A stretch of DNA of 64,000 nucleotides, taken from assembly GCA_012520175.1 (NCBI GenBank), contig JAAYOU010000039.1, forward strand, positions 9,013 to 73,012, read 5' to 3'. Under the pieces are notes generated by a model, which worked only from the letters and a program-made list of their open reading frames with translations, did not search any database and had not been told where the DNA came from. Positions 28,337 to 38,475 of the stretch are shown piece after piece (positions within the stretch are counted from its first letter, which is position 1; each line of letters begins with the position of its first letter). The DNA comes from Bacteroidales bacterium. GTDB taxonomy: Bacteria; Bacteroidota; Bacteroidia; Bacteroidales; DTU049. A program made the translations under genes and the position numbers.

Positions 28337-29655
28337 TTAAAAAGCTCTCTAACACTAGTTTTTTTGCCGTACATCAAAATACCTGTTCTGTAAATTTTAG
28401 CTGCTAACCATGTAGTTATCAAAAAAGTAACAATAAGGAAAAACAATGATAGACCTACTTCCCACAAAGCAACAGGAGGATTGAACGGCACACGAGCCAC
28501 CATCATAATTGGAGAAGTAAAAGGAATCATTGAAAGCCAGAATGCAACAGGTCCGTCAGGATTATTAAGAACAAAATTTAGGCTAATTAATGCTATTATA
28601 AGCGGCACAGTTATAGGCAGTAGAAATTGCTGCGTATCAGCCTCATTATCAACAATAGAGCCAATAGCCGCAAACATTGATGCATAAAGCAAATAGCCAA
28701 AAAGGAAAAATAGAACAAACACAACTAAAATATTAACAATTTGAATATTCGATATATCCTTTAATATTTGATTTGTCTGACTATTTTCAAGATTTATATT
28801 TTCAGCATGGCTTTCCATCTCATTTTGCGTAAGTCCTTTGTTTTCAACTATTGTTTTATCAGCCTTTTTATACTTAAATAGCTCAGGATTTATTTGTTGA
28901 AAGCCAATTACCAAAAATGCAGTAAGAGCAATCCATAGAATAAATTGAGTTATGCTAACAAGTGCTACTCCAATAATCTTTCCCATCATCAGTTGAAACG
29001 GTTTTACGCTACTAACAATAACTTCAACAATACGGCTCGTTTTTTCTTCAATAACACCTCTCATCACTTGGTTTCCATAAAGATATATAAACATATATAT
29101 CAAAATTCCTCCGATAAATCCTAACACGTAGCTTATGGTAGAATTGCTTCTTTCTTCCGCACCTTCTCTAAGAGTAAATGTATTTAGCTTAACATCAACT
29201 TTAATTTCCTTCAAAATATTTTTGTCAATACCAGAAATTGCAAGTCTATGAGCTTCTAATTCTTGCTCAATAACAGATTCAATCTTGTCCACTATAAGCA
29301 TTCCCATCTCTTTCCTAGAAGTCATTTTTACAATATTAGGATTATTGATAACTTGCTCAGGAATGTATAAAACAGCATCATATCCCAATTCATCAAGCTT
29401 TTGACAAGCAGCCTCATAAGACATATAAATATCCTCAAAAACTACCTTATTATCACTTGGAAACTTATGGTTAAATATGCCCGTTTCGTCAATTACAGCA
29501 ATTTTACGCTCTTGGTCAGAAATATTTGCCAAATATATGGGAACTATGAATAATGCAGCCATGAGCAAAGGCCCAAGCACTGTCATAATGATGAAAGACT
29601 TTTTCTTCACCCTCGACAAATATTCCCTTTTTATTATTATTAATATTTTTTTCAT
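28321..29655 (-). CDS. ABC-2 family transporter permease
   Basis: N-terminal TM, a large extracytoplasmic loop, then about 5 C-terminal TM helices. It is adjacent to a cognate ABC ATPase. Confidence 0.75.
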   Translation of the reverse strand: MKKILIIIKREYLSRVKKKSFIIMTVLGPLLMAALFIVPIYLANISDQERKIAVIDETGIFNHKFPSDNKVVFEDIYMSYEAACQKLDELGYDAVLYIPEQVINNPNIVKMTSRKEMGMLIVDKIESVIEQELEAHRLAISGIDKNILKEIKVDVKLNTFTLREGAEERSNSTISYVLGFIGGILIYMFIYLYGNQVMRGVIEEKTSRIVEVIVSSVKPFQLMMGKIIGVALVSITQFILWIALTAFLVIGFQQINPELFKYKKADKTIVENKGLTQNEMESHAENINLENSQTNQILKDISNIQIVNILVVFVLFFLFGYLLYASMFAAIGSIVDNEADTQQFLLPITVPLIIALISLNFVLNNPDGPVAFWLSMIPFTSPIMMVARVPFNPPVALWEVGLSLFFLIVTFLITTWLAAKIYRTGILMYGKKTSVRELFKWLKY

Positions 29656-29663
29656 CGGATGTC

Positions 29664-30590
29664 TTAATTATTTGATAATGAGCTTGTTACCTCTGATATA
29701 AAAATATCATTCATTGAGGGTAAAATTTCTTCAAATCCAGTTACATTCCCAATATCCATAAGTTTTTTCAATAAATCATTAGAAGAAAACTCTTCTTTTA
29801 TTTTTATTCGGCAAATTATAGAATCATCAATGCTTTCAATATCACTAACAAAGCCTATTTCGCTCAACATCTTATCATTAAAATCACTGAAAGGCTGAAG
29901 CTTTAGTTGAAACAAATTATTATTGTATCTTTTTTTAATATCCCTAACAGCTCCTTCAAGAATCACTTTAGAGCGATTAATCAGAGCAATATCGTCGCAT
30001 AACTCTTCAACAGAAGCCATATTATGAGTAGAAATAATTACAGTTGCACCGCTATTCTTCATGTTTAGGATTTCTTCTTTAAGCATTTCTGCATTAATTG
30101 GGTCAAACCCACTAAAAGGCTCATCAAATATTAGCAAAGAAGGCTCATGAATAACAGTTACAATAAACTGTACCTTTTGTTGCATACCTTTAGAAAGCTC
30201 TTCCACTCTTTTATTCCACCAATTTTGGATTTCAAATTTTTCAAACCAATGTTTAAGTTTTTTATAAGCAAGATGTTTATCCATTCCTTTAAGCTGAGCC
30301 AAATATAAAGCTTGCTCTCCAACTTTCATTTTTTTATACAAACCTCTTTCTTCTGGCAAATAACCTATGTTTTCAACATGATTTTTTTCCAACTTAGCAC
30401 CATTTAAAAAAATCTCTCCACTATCAGGACCAATAATTTGATTAATAATTCTAATCAACGTGGTTTTTCCAGCACCATTAGGACCCAACAAACCAAATAT
30501 ACTCTTTTCTTTAACCTTTAAAGAGACTTCGTTTAAAGCACAATGATTTGCAAATTTTTTGGAAACATTTCTTACTTCTAAATTTATCAT
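29664..30590 (-). CDS. ABC transporter ATP-binding protein
   Basis: Walker A GPNGAGKTT, signature LSKGMQQK, Walker B LLIFDEP. Confidence 0.92.
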   Translation of the reverse strand: MINLEVRNVSKKFANHCALNEVSLKVKEKSIFGLLGPNGAGKTTLIRIINQIIGPDSGEIFLNGAKLEKNHVENIGYLPEERGLYKKMKVGEQALYLAQLKGMDKHLAYKKLKHWFEKFEIQNWWNKRVEELSKGMQQKVQFIVTVIHEPSLLIFDEPFSGFDPINAEMLKEEILNMKNSGATVIISTHNMASVEELCDDIALINRSKVILEGAVRDIKKRYNNNLFQLKLQPFSDFNDKMLSEIGFVSDIESIDDSIICRIKIKEEFSSNDLLKKLMDIGNVTGFEEILPSMNDIFISEVTSSLSNN

Positions 30591-30605
30591 AAAACAATAA
30601 TGTTT

Positions 30606-31766
30606 TTAATCAAAATATTCTCTCATTCTATCAAAAAATGATTTCTTTTTGTCACTATTATTTGCTTGAAAATTCTTTTCTGAGTTAAGCTTTTCAAGTA
30701 AAGATTTTTCTTCTTTAGTAACAGATTGAGGCACCCAAATATTTACACTAACAATCAAATCTCCGCGTCCATAGCTATTAACAGCAGGTAATCCTTTACC
30801 TTTAAGTCTAAACATTTTCCCGGGCATAGTTCCTGAAGGAATCTTTATTCGAGCTTTGCCATCAATTGTAGGTACTTCAACATGTGCGCCCAAAACAGCA
30901 TCGGCATAAGATATATTATGCTCATATAGCAAATTGACACCATCTCTTTTAAATAAATCGTGTTCTATTTCTTCAATTAAAACAATTAAATCTCCGGGTA
31001 TTCCACCACGAGGAGCTGAATTTCCTTTTCCAGACATGCTAAGTTGCATACCTTCCTCAACTCCTGCAGGAATTTTTATAGAAATAACTTCTTCGCCTTT
31101 TTTCAAGCCAGATCCTGAACATGAAGGACATCTATCTGTAATAATGGTTCCCTCTCCATTACAATGAGGGCAAGTTGATGCGGTTTGCATTTGCCCTAAA
31201 AATGTATTAGTAACCCTCATAACGCGTCCTGAACCATTACAAGTTGTACACGTAATTGGTTTACTACCAGCTCTAGCACCAGAACCAGAGCATGCAGTAC
31301 AAGTTACATTTTTATTAACTTTAATCTTCTTTTCAACACCAGTATTTATTTCTTCAAGAGTTAACTTTACGCGAATACGCAAATTAGCTCCTTGGGGTAC
31401 TCGTCTTGATGAACGGCTGGAACGGCTGGAGCCTCCAAATCCACCAAATCCTCCTCCGAAAAAATCGCCAAAAATATCACCGAAATTGCTAAAAATATCT
31501 TCCATAGACATTCCGCCACCACTAAAACCTGCTGCACCGCCCATTCCTGCATGACCAAACTGATCATATCTTTGGCGTTTTTCAGGATTGCTCAAAACTT
31601 CATAAGCTTCAGCTGCTTCTTTAAATTTCTCTTCAGCAGCTTTATCTCCTGGATTTTTATCGGGATGGTATTTTATAGCCATCTGGCGATATGCTTTTTT
31701 AAGCTCATCTGCTGTTGCATTTTTTGCAACTCCCAATACTTCGTAATAATCTCTTTTGCTACTCAC
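30606..31766 (-). CDS. dnaJ: Molecular chaperone DnaJ
   Basis: J-domain DYYEVLGV...HPDKN, G/F-rich region, four CxxCxGxG zinc-finger repeats. Confidence 0.98.
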   Translation of the reverse strand: MSSKRDYYEVLGVAKNATADELKKAYRQMAIKYHPDKNPGDKAAEEKFKEAAEAYEVLSNPEKRQRYDQFGHAGMGGAAGFSGGGMSMEDIFSNFGDIFGDFFGGGFGGFGGSSRSSRSSRRVPQGANLRIRVKLTLEEINTGVEKKIKVNKNVTCTACSGSGARAGSKPITCTTCNGSGRVMRVTNTFLGQMQTASTCPHCNGEGTIITDRCPSCSGSGLKKGEEVISIKIPAGVEEGMQLSMSGKGNSAPRGGIPGDLIVLIEEIEHDLFKRDGVNLLYEHNISYADAVLGAHVEVPTIDGKARIKIPSGTMPGKMFRLKGKGLPAVNSYGRGDLIVSVNIWVPQSVTKEEKSLLEKLNSEKNFQANNSDKKKSFFDRMREYFD

Positions 31767-31776
31767 TTACCTATTA

Positions 31777-32364
31777 TTAATTTCCAACAACTACTTTTGC
31801 ATATCTTAAAACCTTGTCTTTTAGCTTATAACCTTTTTGGACAACTTCAACAACTTTTCCTTTTTTATCTTCTGAAGCCACCATAGAAACAGCCTCATGA
31901 AGATCAGTGTCAAAATCATTGCCTAATGAATCAAGTGGTTCTAAGCCTCTTCGCTTCAAAGTATTTATAAGCTTATTATAAATAAGATTGTAACCTTCTT
32001 TAACAGAGTCTATATCGTCAGAAACTTCTAAACTTGACAATGCTCTTTCAAAATCATCAACAACAAGCAACAAATCTGATATTATGTCAGCTCCTGCAGA
32101 ATTTATTAAATCAAAACGTTCTTGTCTTGTTCTTTTTTTATAGTTATCAAATTCTGCAAAAAGCCTAGTATATTTATCCTTCCATTCTTCAATTTGATTT
32201 TTATAATCATCTATCTCTTTTTGAAGGTCATCATGCTCATTCTCGCTAGAATTATTTTTATCAGATTGGTCTTTTTGTTCAGTATTGCATGTTTTTGCCT
32301 CTTCATCTATACGATTATCGTTAATTTCGTCCATTTTATTCTTCTTTTTCACAAATTTTATCAT
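31777..32364 (-). CDS. grpE: Nucleotide exchange factor GrpE
   Basis: Coiled N-terminal region, FDNYKKRTRQE, and C-terminal GYKLKDKVLRYAKVVV. It lies directly upstream of dnaJ. Confidence 0.93.
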   Translation of the reverse strand: MIKFVKKKNKMDEINDNRIDEEAKTCNTEQKDQSDKNNSSENEHDDLQKEIDDYKNQIEEWKDKYTRLFAEFDNYKKRTRQERFDLINSAGADIISDLLLVVDDFERALSSLEVSDDIDSVKEGYNLIYNKLINTLKRRGLEPLDSLGNDFDTDLHEAVSMVASEDKKGKVVEVVQKGYKLKDKVLRYAKVVVGN

Positions 32365-32428
32365 ATTTAAATATTACACACGCACACTTGTCAAAAAGTT
32401 TGCCACTACATTATTATATGTCTTTTTG

Positions 32429-33508
32429 TCAGTCAGAAAATTTACTTATGTCTATGCCAAGAGTATTTGTAATTTCTAATAATTCATCCCAAACTTGAGG
32501 CTTAATATTAATTCCGTCTTTTTTATTTTTAATAGTATTGGCTATTTCAATTTCTCCCGGAATAATTACCCTATCATGACCTTTTACAGTTTTAGAATTT
32601 CTAAAAGTTCTTATCCATAAATCTAAATATTCTTTAACTTCATTTGCAGGTCTGAAACCGTCTAGACGAATTGCGCCAAAGAAATGTCCCAATCCTTTAC
32701 CTGGAGCACCTGGTTTTGGCTCTAAATAAGCAACCTGAGGTGGAACAAAAGGTCCGAAATTAGCTCCTGACAATACTGCTGACAAAATATCAACCATTGC
32801 TCCCAAGCAAAAACCTTTACTACTTGATTGACCACCCAAAGGTATAATAGTTCCACCTCTTCTTAAAACAGATGGATCATCAGTTTCATTTCCTTCTGCG
32901 TCTTGGATAAGTCCAAGAGGAGCTTTTTTACCTTCTTTTTCCAACAATTCAATCTTACCACGAGGAACTGAAGTTGTAGCTAAATCCGCTGTAAAAGTTG
33001 GTTCATCTTTACCAGGAATAGAGAATGCAATTGGATTTGTGCCTAACATTCGTTCTACACCAAAAGTAGGAGCTACTAAAGCATTTGCATTGGTAAATGC
33101 TAAACCAATCATATCTTGCTTACTAGCCATCAAAGTATAAAGACCAGCAATTCCAAAATGATTTGAATTTCGCACAGCAACAAAACCTGAACCAAATGAG
33201 TTTGCTTTTTCTATAGCCAAATTCATTGCATAATTTCCTACAACCACACCCAAACCATTATCACCATCAACAGTTGCAGTAGAAGGCATTTCATGTACAA
33301 TTTTTATATTCGGACTTAAATTCATCCTGCCTTTTTGCCATAAACCAAGATAATCCTTTATCCGCACAACACCATGACTTGAAATACCTCTTAATTCAGC
33401 AGCAACCAACATTTCGGCTACAGTTTTTGCATCTTCTGCCGAGCAACCTGCTTTTGAAAAAATATTTTCAACTAACGAAAATAATTGTGTTTCTGTAAAT
33501 AATTTCAT
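32429..33508 (-). CDS. Ldh_2 family oxidoreductase (malate/L-lactate/sulfolactate dehydrogenase family 2)
   Basis: GISSHGVVR, SNHFGIAG and GTNPIAFSIP motifs typical of the Ldh_2 family, 359 aa. Confidence 0.8.
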   Translation of the reverse strand: MKLFTETQLFSLVENIFSKAGCSAEDAKTVAEMLVAAELRGISSHGVVRIKDYLGLWQKGRMNLSPNIKIVHEMPSTATVDGDNGLGVVVGNYAMNLAIEKANSFGSGFVAVRNSNHFGIAGLYTLMASKQDMIGLAFTNANALVAPTFGVERMLGTNPIAFSIPGKDEPTFTADLATTSVPRGKIELLEKEGKKAPLGLIQDAEGNETDDPSVLRRGGTIIPLGGQSSSKGFCLGAMVDILSAVLSGANFGPFVPPQVAYLEPKPGAPGKGLGHFFGAIRLDGFRPANEVKEYLDLWIRTFRNSKTVKGHDRVIIPGEIEIANTIKNKKDGINIKPQVWDELLEITNTLGIDISKFSD

Positions 33509-33524
33509 TTTTATTTTTTTATTG

Positions 33525-33532
33525 CAAAGATA
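33525..33532 (-). promoter_or_regulatory. Candidate -7 promoter element (TATCTTTG) for the Ldh_2 gene
   Basis: CAAAGATA on the + strand, 17 nt upstream of the ATG at 33508 (short leader). Confidence 0.4.
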
Positions 33533-33560
33533 ATTCTTATTACATAATAAAAAAAAATAT

Positions 33561-33568
33561 TACTTTTG
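33561..33568 (+). promoter_or_regulatory. Candidate -7 promoter element (TACTTTTG) for the adhesin gene
   Basis: Matches TAnnTTTG, about 80 nt upstream of the ATG at 33649. Confidence 0.35.
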
Positions 33569-33648
33569 TCTATTAAGATTTCGTAATAAAAAACAATAAA
33601 ATGCAACATTTATTGTTTTTATTTGTCTATTTCTAAAATTTATACTTT

Positions 33649-36600
33649 ATGAAGAAATTAATTTTAGTATTGATAGTTTTAGCATTGCAAACAAGCATAA
33701 TTGCTCAAGATTTCAAATACAGCAAACAAAAAGCTATTTTGCTTGAAAACAAAGGGCAGCTAAGCAATACAGATGGCTCTTCTGCTGACAATGTGCTTTA
33801 TTACATGATAACTCCAAACATGAATTTTTACATAACAAATTCTGGAGTTACCTACGTTTTTAAAGGACATTTCTTTAAAGAGGATTCATCATCTGTAAAT
33901 TCAATTAATTTATTAAAAGATAAAGAGCAGATTACAAAATGGCATCGTGTTGATGTTGATTTAGTAGATGCAAAAATTGAAAAATCTTCTATAAATCAAA
34001 AAAATCTAAATACTGAACATGTTGTTAATTACTACAACCATTTAATGCCCGATGGAGTTGGAGATTTAATACCTTTGGAAAATGTTACATTAAAAGATGT
34101 TTATCCGGGAATAGACTGGGAATTTGTGGTTAATGATGAACATTTAGAATATAATTTTATTTTGAATAAAAAAGCTGATATATCTAAAATAAAGCTGCAT
34201 TACAAAGGACAAGACAAAATTAGTTTGGAAAATAATAGTGTAAAAATTGAAACAAAATATGGTTCTTTAATTGAAAAAGAAATTGTTTCTTTTACTTCAA
34301 AAGGAAGAAACGCTACAATAAACGCAGTGTTAAAAGACAATGAATTAAGCTATAATCCTGTTTCTGTACCAAAAATACTTGATGATGAAACATTAATTAT
34401 TGACCCACCCTTAATTTGGTCAACTTTTTATGGAGGTTCTGGAAGCGAAAATAATGTAAAAATGACTATGATTAAAAATTCTGGTGATATTTTCGTTGCA
34501 TTAACAACAAGTTCTAGCAATTTTCCTTTACTTTACCCAGGAGGCTCATCATATTATGACAATACTTATCATGGTAACAATGATATAGCTCTTTTTAATT
34601 TTAATAAAAATGGCGCTTTAAAATGGAGTACTTATTATGGAGGTTCTAGTGGAGATTCTGCTTTTAACCTATGTAATAATGGTCTTATTGTTTTTGTAGT
34701 AGGTAGAACTCGTTCAGCTGACTTCCCTACTATGGCACCTCCATCAGGTGGATATCTTGACCCTACATTAGGTGGATACAAAGATGGATTTATTATTGCT
34801 TTTAATGCTCTTACACGTCAAAGATATTGGGCTACATATTTTGGTGGATCTTTTCCTGATATAGTAGAAGGTTATACTGAAGAAAATACCACAGCTTGCG
34901 CGTGCAAAGGAATTAATCTATATATTACAGGAACTGCTTCTTCAAATGATTTTCCTATTGTAACTTTTCCTGGTGCAGACACTAAAACAACTATGAACGA
35001 TGGTGCATATCCAAACCCAGCTTCTGGTAGATATTTTACAGATGCTTATCTAAGCCTATTTACTATTGCAGGTGCTATGGGAACCGAAATACAACTAGTA
35101 TGGAGTACCTTTGTTGGTGGTAAAAACAGAGATATTGATCCTGAAATTTTATTAGATAACGCAAACAATATAACATTGGCATATACTACCACTGATGGCG
35201 GAGATATAACTCAAATAAATACATTAAGCCCTCCAGGTTTTGTTGGAACATATAATAATGGTATTGATATTGCTTTTACTAGATTTGACTCTAACAAAAA
35301 ACTTGTATGGCAAACATATATAGGCAGCACAGGTGCTCAAACTTATGCTCAAGCCATGGTAAATAATAGCAGTAATGAATTCTTTGTTGCTGGATCAGCT
35401 AGAGGAACTATAACAACAAGAAATGATATTGGAGCAAGCTATTATTACAATACCAAAAAAGGTAGTGTCAGTGATGCTTTTTTATTAAAATTTAATTCTA
35501 ATTGCCAACTAGTATATGGTTCTTATTGGGGAGGAAAAACTAACCAAAACTATTCTAGAGGATTATGTTTAGATAAAAATAACAATTTATTACTTGTAGG
35601 TCAAACTCTAGGTGCTACAGGCAATGATGGCTTAATTTACAAACCATATCCTGGCTCTTATGTTGATAGCACTTATAACGGCAGCAATGATGGAGTAATT
35701 TTAAAGCTATCTCCTACATTAAGCCCAATATGGGGTACTTATTTTGGAGGAAGTGGAGGTGAGGTTATTTATGATATAGAAGCAAATAATGACGATGAAA
35801 TATTCATTTTAGGAAGAAAAGAGGATGCTAATGCCACAGGCTTTCCAATTGTAAACTTACCAGGTGCGTATAACGACTCTCCCCCCTCAAGCAGTGATGC
35901 TTTTTTGGCAAAATTTATCCCCTGCCCTACAAATTTCGGCTCTATATCATCAGGAACAGACTCTGTTTGCTATGGACAAAAAGGTACAATTAGTGCAGAT
36001 GGAGGTAATGCATATTTATGGAGTACTGGAGAAACAACAAGTTCTATAACACCTACTATTGTATCTGATTCAACATTTATTGTTACATCAATAAACACAT
36101 TAGGTTGTGAAGATAAAGACACTTTTAATATTAAAGTAAAACCTCTCCCTGTTTTGAGTTTTACAGGCACAACCACTGTATGCTTAGAAGATACAGTTAA
36201 ATTGACTGTTAGCGGTGGAACATCTTACCTATGGGAAACAGGACAAACTACACCAAATATTTCTTTTGTGCCAACAATAAGCGATTATATTTCTGTTACC
36301 GCAACAAATAATTTTGGATGTTCAAAAAAAGATAGTGTTGCCTATACTGTTCATCCGCTCCCAACACCAAGCATTTCAGGTGCAAGTGAAATCTGCTCAA
36401 AAGACACATTAACACTAACAGCATCAGGTGGAGATACATATTTGTGGTCTAATGGAGTAATCACAGCTATAAATAACATTGTTTTAGATACATCTGGCAA
36501 TATTAATTATTATGTAATTGCAACAAACACACATAATTGCAAAGATACAGCCTTTCATACCTTTACAGTTAATCCATTACCTGTAATAGATTTAGGTAAC

Positions 36601-38373
36601 GACACTTCTATTTGCGATGGCACTAGCATTATTCTTGATGCTGAAAACCCTGGCTCTACATATGCATGGAATACAACCGAAACAACACAAACAATTTCAA
36701 TTAATACTACTGGAGAATATTCTGTAACAGTAACTGACGTTAACTCCTGCAAAAGCAAAGACACAATGAATCTTGTTGTGCTACCTAATGCCGATGCAAC
36801 AATTACAGATGTGCCTGCAATTTGTATAGACGGAACTCCATTCACATATATTGTAGCTGAAGCAGGCGGAACTTGGACAGGAACAGGAATTTCTCCTACT
36901 GGAAACTTCGACCCAAGTATTGGTACCGGTAATTATGAATTTATTTACACTATTGCAGGACAATGCGGCGATGCTGACACAACGAATATTACTGTTAATC
37001 CTCTGCCTATTGTAGATTTAGGCAACGATACTACTATTTGTGATGGCACTAGCATTATTCTCGATGCTGAAAACCCTGGCTCTACATATGCATGGAATAC
37101 AACCGAAACAACACAAACAATTTCAATTAATACTGCTGGAGAATATTCTGTAACAGTAACTGACGTCAACTCTTGTACGAACAAAGACACAATGAATCTT
37201 GCTGTGCTACCTAATGCCGATGCAACAATTACAGATGTACCTTTTATCTGTATAGACGGAACTCCATTCTCATATATTGTAGCTGAAGCAGGCGGAACTT
37301 GGTCAGGAACAGGAATTTCCCTTACAGGTGATTTCGACCCAAGTATTGGTGTTGGCGATTATGAATTTATTTATACTATTGCTGGAAAATGTGGCGATGT
37401 TGATACAACGAATATTACAGTCAATCCTTTGCCTGTAATAAATTTAGGCAATGACACATCTATTTGTGATGGCACTAGCATTATTCTCGATGCTGAAAAC
37501 CCTGGTTCTACATATGCATGGAATACAACCGAAACAACACAAACAATTTCAATTAATACTGCTGGAGAATATTCTGTAACAGTAACTGACGTCAACTCTT
37601 GTACGAACAAAGACACAATTACTATTGCTGTGTTGCCTAGCGCTGATGCTACTATTACAACAGATGTACCTTTTATATGTATGGACGGTGCTCCTTTTAC
37701 CTATATCGTAGCTGAAACTGGTGGAACTTGGGCAGGAACCGGTATTTCTACAACCGGAGATTTTGATCCAAGCATTGGTGCTGGAACTTATAATTTCACT
37801 TACACTATTGCTGGAAAATGTGGCGACACCGATGCTACAAGCATTACTGTTGGAGAGTTACCTATCATAAACTTTATCGCTACTAATGAAACTTGTGAAG
37901 ATAAAAGTGATGGATCATTATTGCTAAATATTACAGGTGGAACTTTACCCTACCAGTATTTTCTTGATTCTATACCTATTTCTGAATCAACAAATAATTT
38001 GATGCCGGGTAATTATCTACTTACTGTTATAGACAATAATAATTGTTCCCAAAGCGATAGTGTATTTATTTTAGCAGGGGATTTTCCTTGCGATGAAAAT
38101 GTTAGATTCTTTATCCCCAATATTTTTAGCCCCAACAACGATAATAACAATGATGTGTTATATGTGAAAAGCGAATTTATTAAAAATTTAGAATTTATGA
38201 TTTATGATAGATTTGGGAATGTCGTTTTTGAATCTAAAGATATTAATATAGGCTGGGACGGAAAATATAAAGGAGAACCTGCTGAAGAAGGTGTATATTT
38301 CTGGGAAATTAAAGCCATTATGATAGACAATACAGAATTAAATAAAATCGGCAATACAACCCTAGTCCGTTAA
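33649..38373 (+). CDS. Large T9SS-secreted adhesin-like protein (SBBP beta-propeller repeats, Ig-like repeat modules, type-B gliding-motility C-terminal sorting domain)
   Basis: Signal peptide, then repeated W(S/A)TY(Y/F)GG... propeller motifs. Cys-containing ~70-aa and ~142-aa tandem modules follow. The C-terminus FIPNIFSPNNDNNNDVLYV...GWDGKYKGEPAEEGVYFWEIKA fits the TIGR04131-type CTD. Confidence 0.9.
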   Translation: MKKLILVLIVLALQTSIIAQDFKYSKQKAILLENKGQLSNTDGSSADNVLYYMITPNMNFYITNSGVTYVFKGHFFKEDSSSVNSINLLKDKEQITKWHRVDVDLVDAKIEKSSINQKNLNTEHVVNYYNHLMPDGVGDLIPLENVTLKDVYPGIDWEFVVNDEHLEYNFILNKKADISKIKLHYKGQDKISLENNSVKIETKYGSLIEKEIVSFTSKGRNATINAVLKDNELSYNPVSVPKILDDETLIIDPPLIWSTFYGGSGSENNVKMTMIKNSGDIFVALTTSSSNFPLLYPGGSSYYDNTYHGNNDIALFNFNKNGALKWSTYYGGSSGDSAFNLCNNGLIVFVVGRTRSADFPTMAPPSGGYLDPTLGGYKDGFIIAFNALTRQRYWATYFGGSFPDIVEGYTEENTTACACKGINLYITGTASSNDFPIVTFPGADTKTTMNDGAYPNPASGRYFTDAYLSLFTIAGAMGTEIQLVWSTFVGGKNRDIDPEILLDNANNITLAYTTTDGGDITQINTLSPPGFVGTYNNGIDIAFTRFDSNKKLVWQTYIGSTGAQTYAQAMVNNSSNEFFVAGSARGTITTRNDIGASYYYNTKKGSVSDAFLLKFNSNCQLVYGSYWGGKTNQNYSRGLCLDKNNNLLLVGQTLGATGNDGLIYKPYPGSYVDSTYNGSNDGVILKLSPTLSPIWGTYFGGSGGEVIYDIEANNDDEIFILGRKEDANATGFPIVNLPGAYNDSPPSSSDAFLAKFIPCPTNFGSISSGTDSVCYGQKGTISADGGNAYLWSTGETTSSITPTIVSDSTFIVTSINTLGCEDKDTFNIKVKPLPVLSFTGTTTVCLEDTVKLTVSGGTSYLWETGQTTPNISFVPTISDYISVTATNNFGCSKKDSVAYTVHPLPTPSISGASEICSKDTLTLTASGGDTYLWSNGVITAINNIVLDTSGNINYYVIATNTHNCKDTAFHTFTVNPLPVIDLGNDTSICDGTSIILDAENPGSTYAWNTTETTQTISINTTGEYSVTVTDVNSCKSKDTMNLVVLPNADATITDVPAICIDGTPFTYIVAEAGGTWTGTGISPTGNFDPSIGTGNYEFIYTIAGQCGDADTTNITVNPLPIVDLGNDTTICDGTSIILDAENPGSTYAWNTTETTQTISINTAGEYSVTVTDVNSCTNKDTMNLAVLPNADATITDVPFICIDGTPFSYIVAEAGGTWSGTGISLTGDFDPSIGVGDYEFIYTIAGKCGDVDTTNITVNPLPVINLGNDTSICDGTSIILDAENPGSTYAWNTTETTQTISINTAGEYSVTVTDVNSCTNKDTITIAVLPSADATITTDVPFICMDGAPFTYIVAETGGTWAGTGISTTGDFDPSIGAGTYNFTYTIAGKCGDTDATSITVGELPIINFIATNETCEDKSDGSLLLNITGGTLPYQYFLDSIPISESTNNLMPGNYLLTVIDNNNCSQSDSVFILAGDFPCDENVRFFIPNIFSPNNDNNNDVLYVKSEFIKNLEFMIYDRFGNVVFESKDINIGWDGKYKGEPAEEGVYFWEIKAIMIDNTELNKIGNTTLVR
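36571..37851 (+). repeat. Three in-frame tandem repeats (426, 426, 429 nt) inside the adhesin gene
   Basis: Repeat starts at 36571, 36997 and 37423. Each encodes NPLP(V/I)(I/V)(D/N)LGNDT.ICDGTSIILDAENPGSTYAWNTTETTQTISINT.GEYSVTVTDVNSC...ITV. The 159-nt cores 37035-37193 and 37461-37619 differ at one position by eye. Confidence 0.95.
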
Positions 38374-38390
38374 AATACTATATTTTTTCT

Positions 38391-38440
38391 AAAAAAGTCT
38401 TCTTTATAACTTATTTAATATTTAAAGAAGACTTTTTTTT
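38391..38440 (+). terminator. Rho-independent terminator after the adhesin gene
   Basis: 11-bp stem AGTCTTCTTTA (38396-38406) / TAAAGAAGACT (38423-38433), extendable by A/T pairs, followed by T-run 38434-38440. Confidence 0.75.
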
Positions 38441-38462
38441 GTTATATCAATCACAAAAAATG

Positions 38463-38470
38463 TAACTTTG
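38463..38470 (+). promoter_or_regulatory. Candidate -7 promoter element (TAACTTTG) for queE
   Basis: Matches TAnnTTTG but ends only 5 nt before the track ATG at 38476. This argues for a leaderless mRNA or use of the ATG at 38506. Confidence 0.35.
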
Positions 38471-38475
38471 CTTTA

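Noticed and set aside
35864-37616. Multiple 60-96-aa ORFs on both strands within the adhesin gene (e.g. 36555..36845, 36945..37190, 37371..37616)
   Set aside because: They recur with the 426-nt repeat period and are by-products of the tandem repeats in the real + frame.
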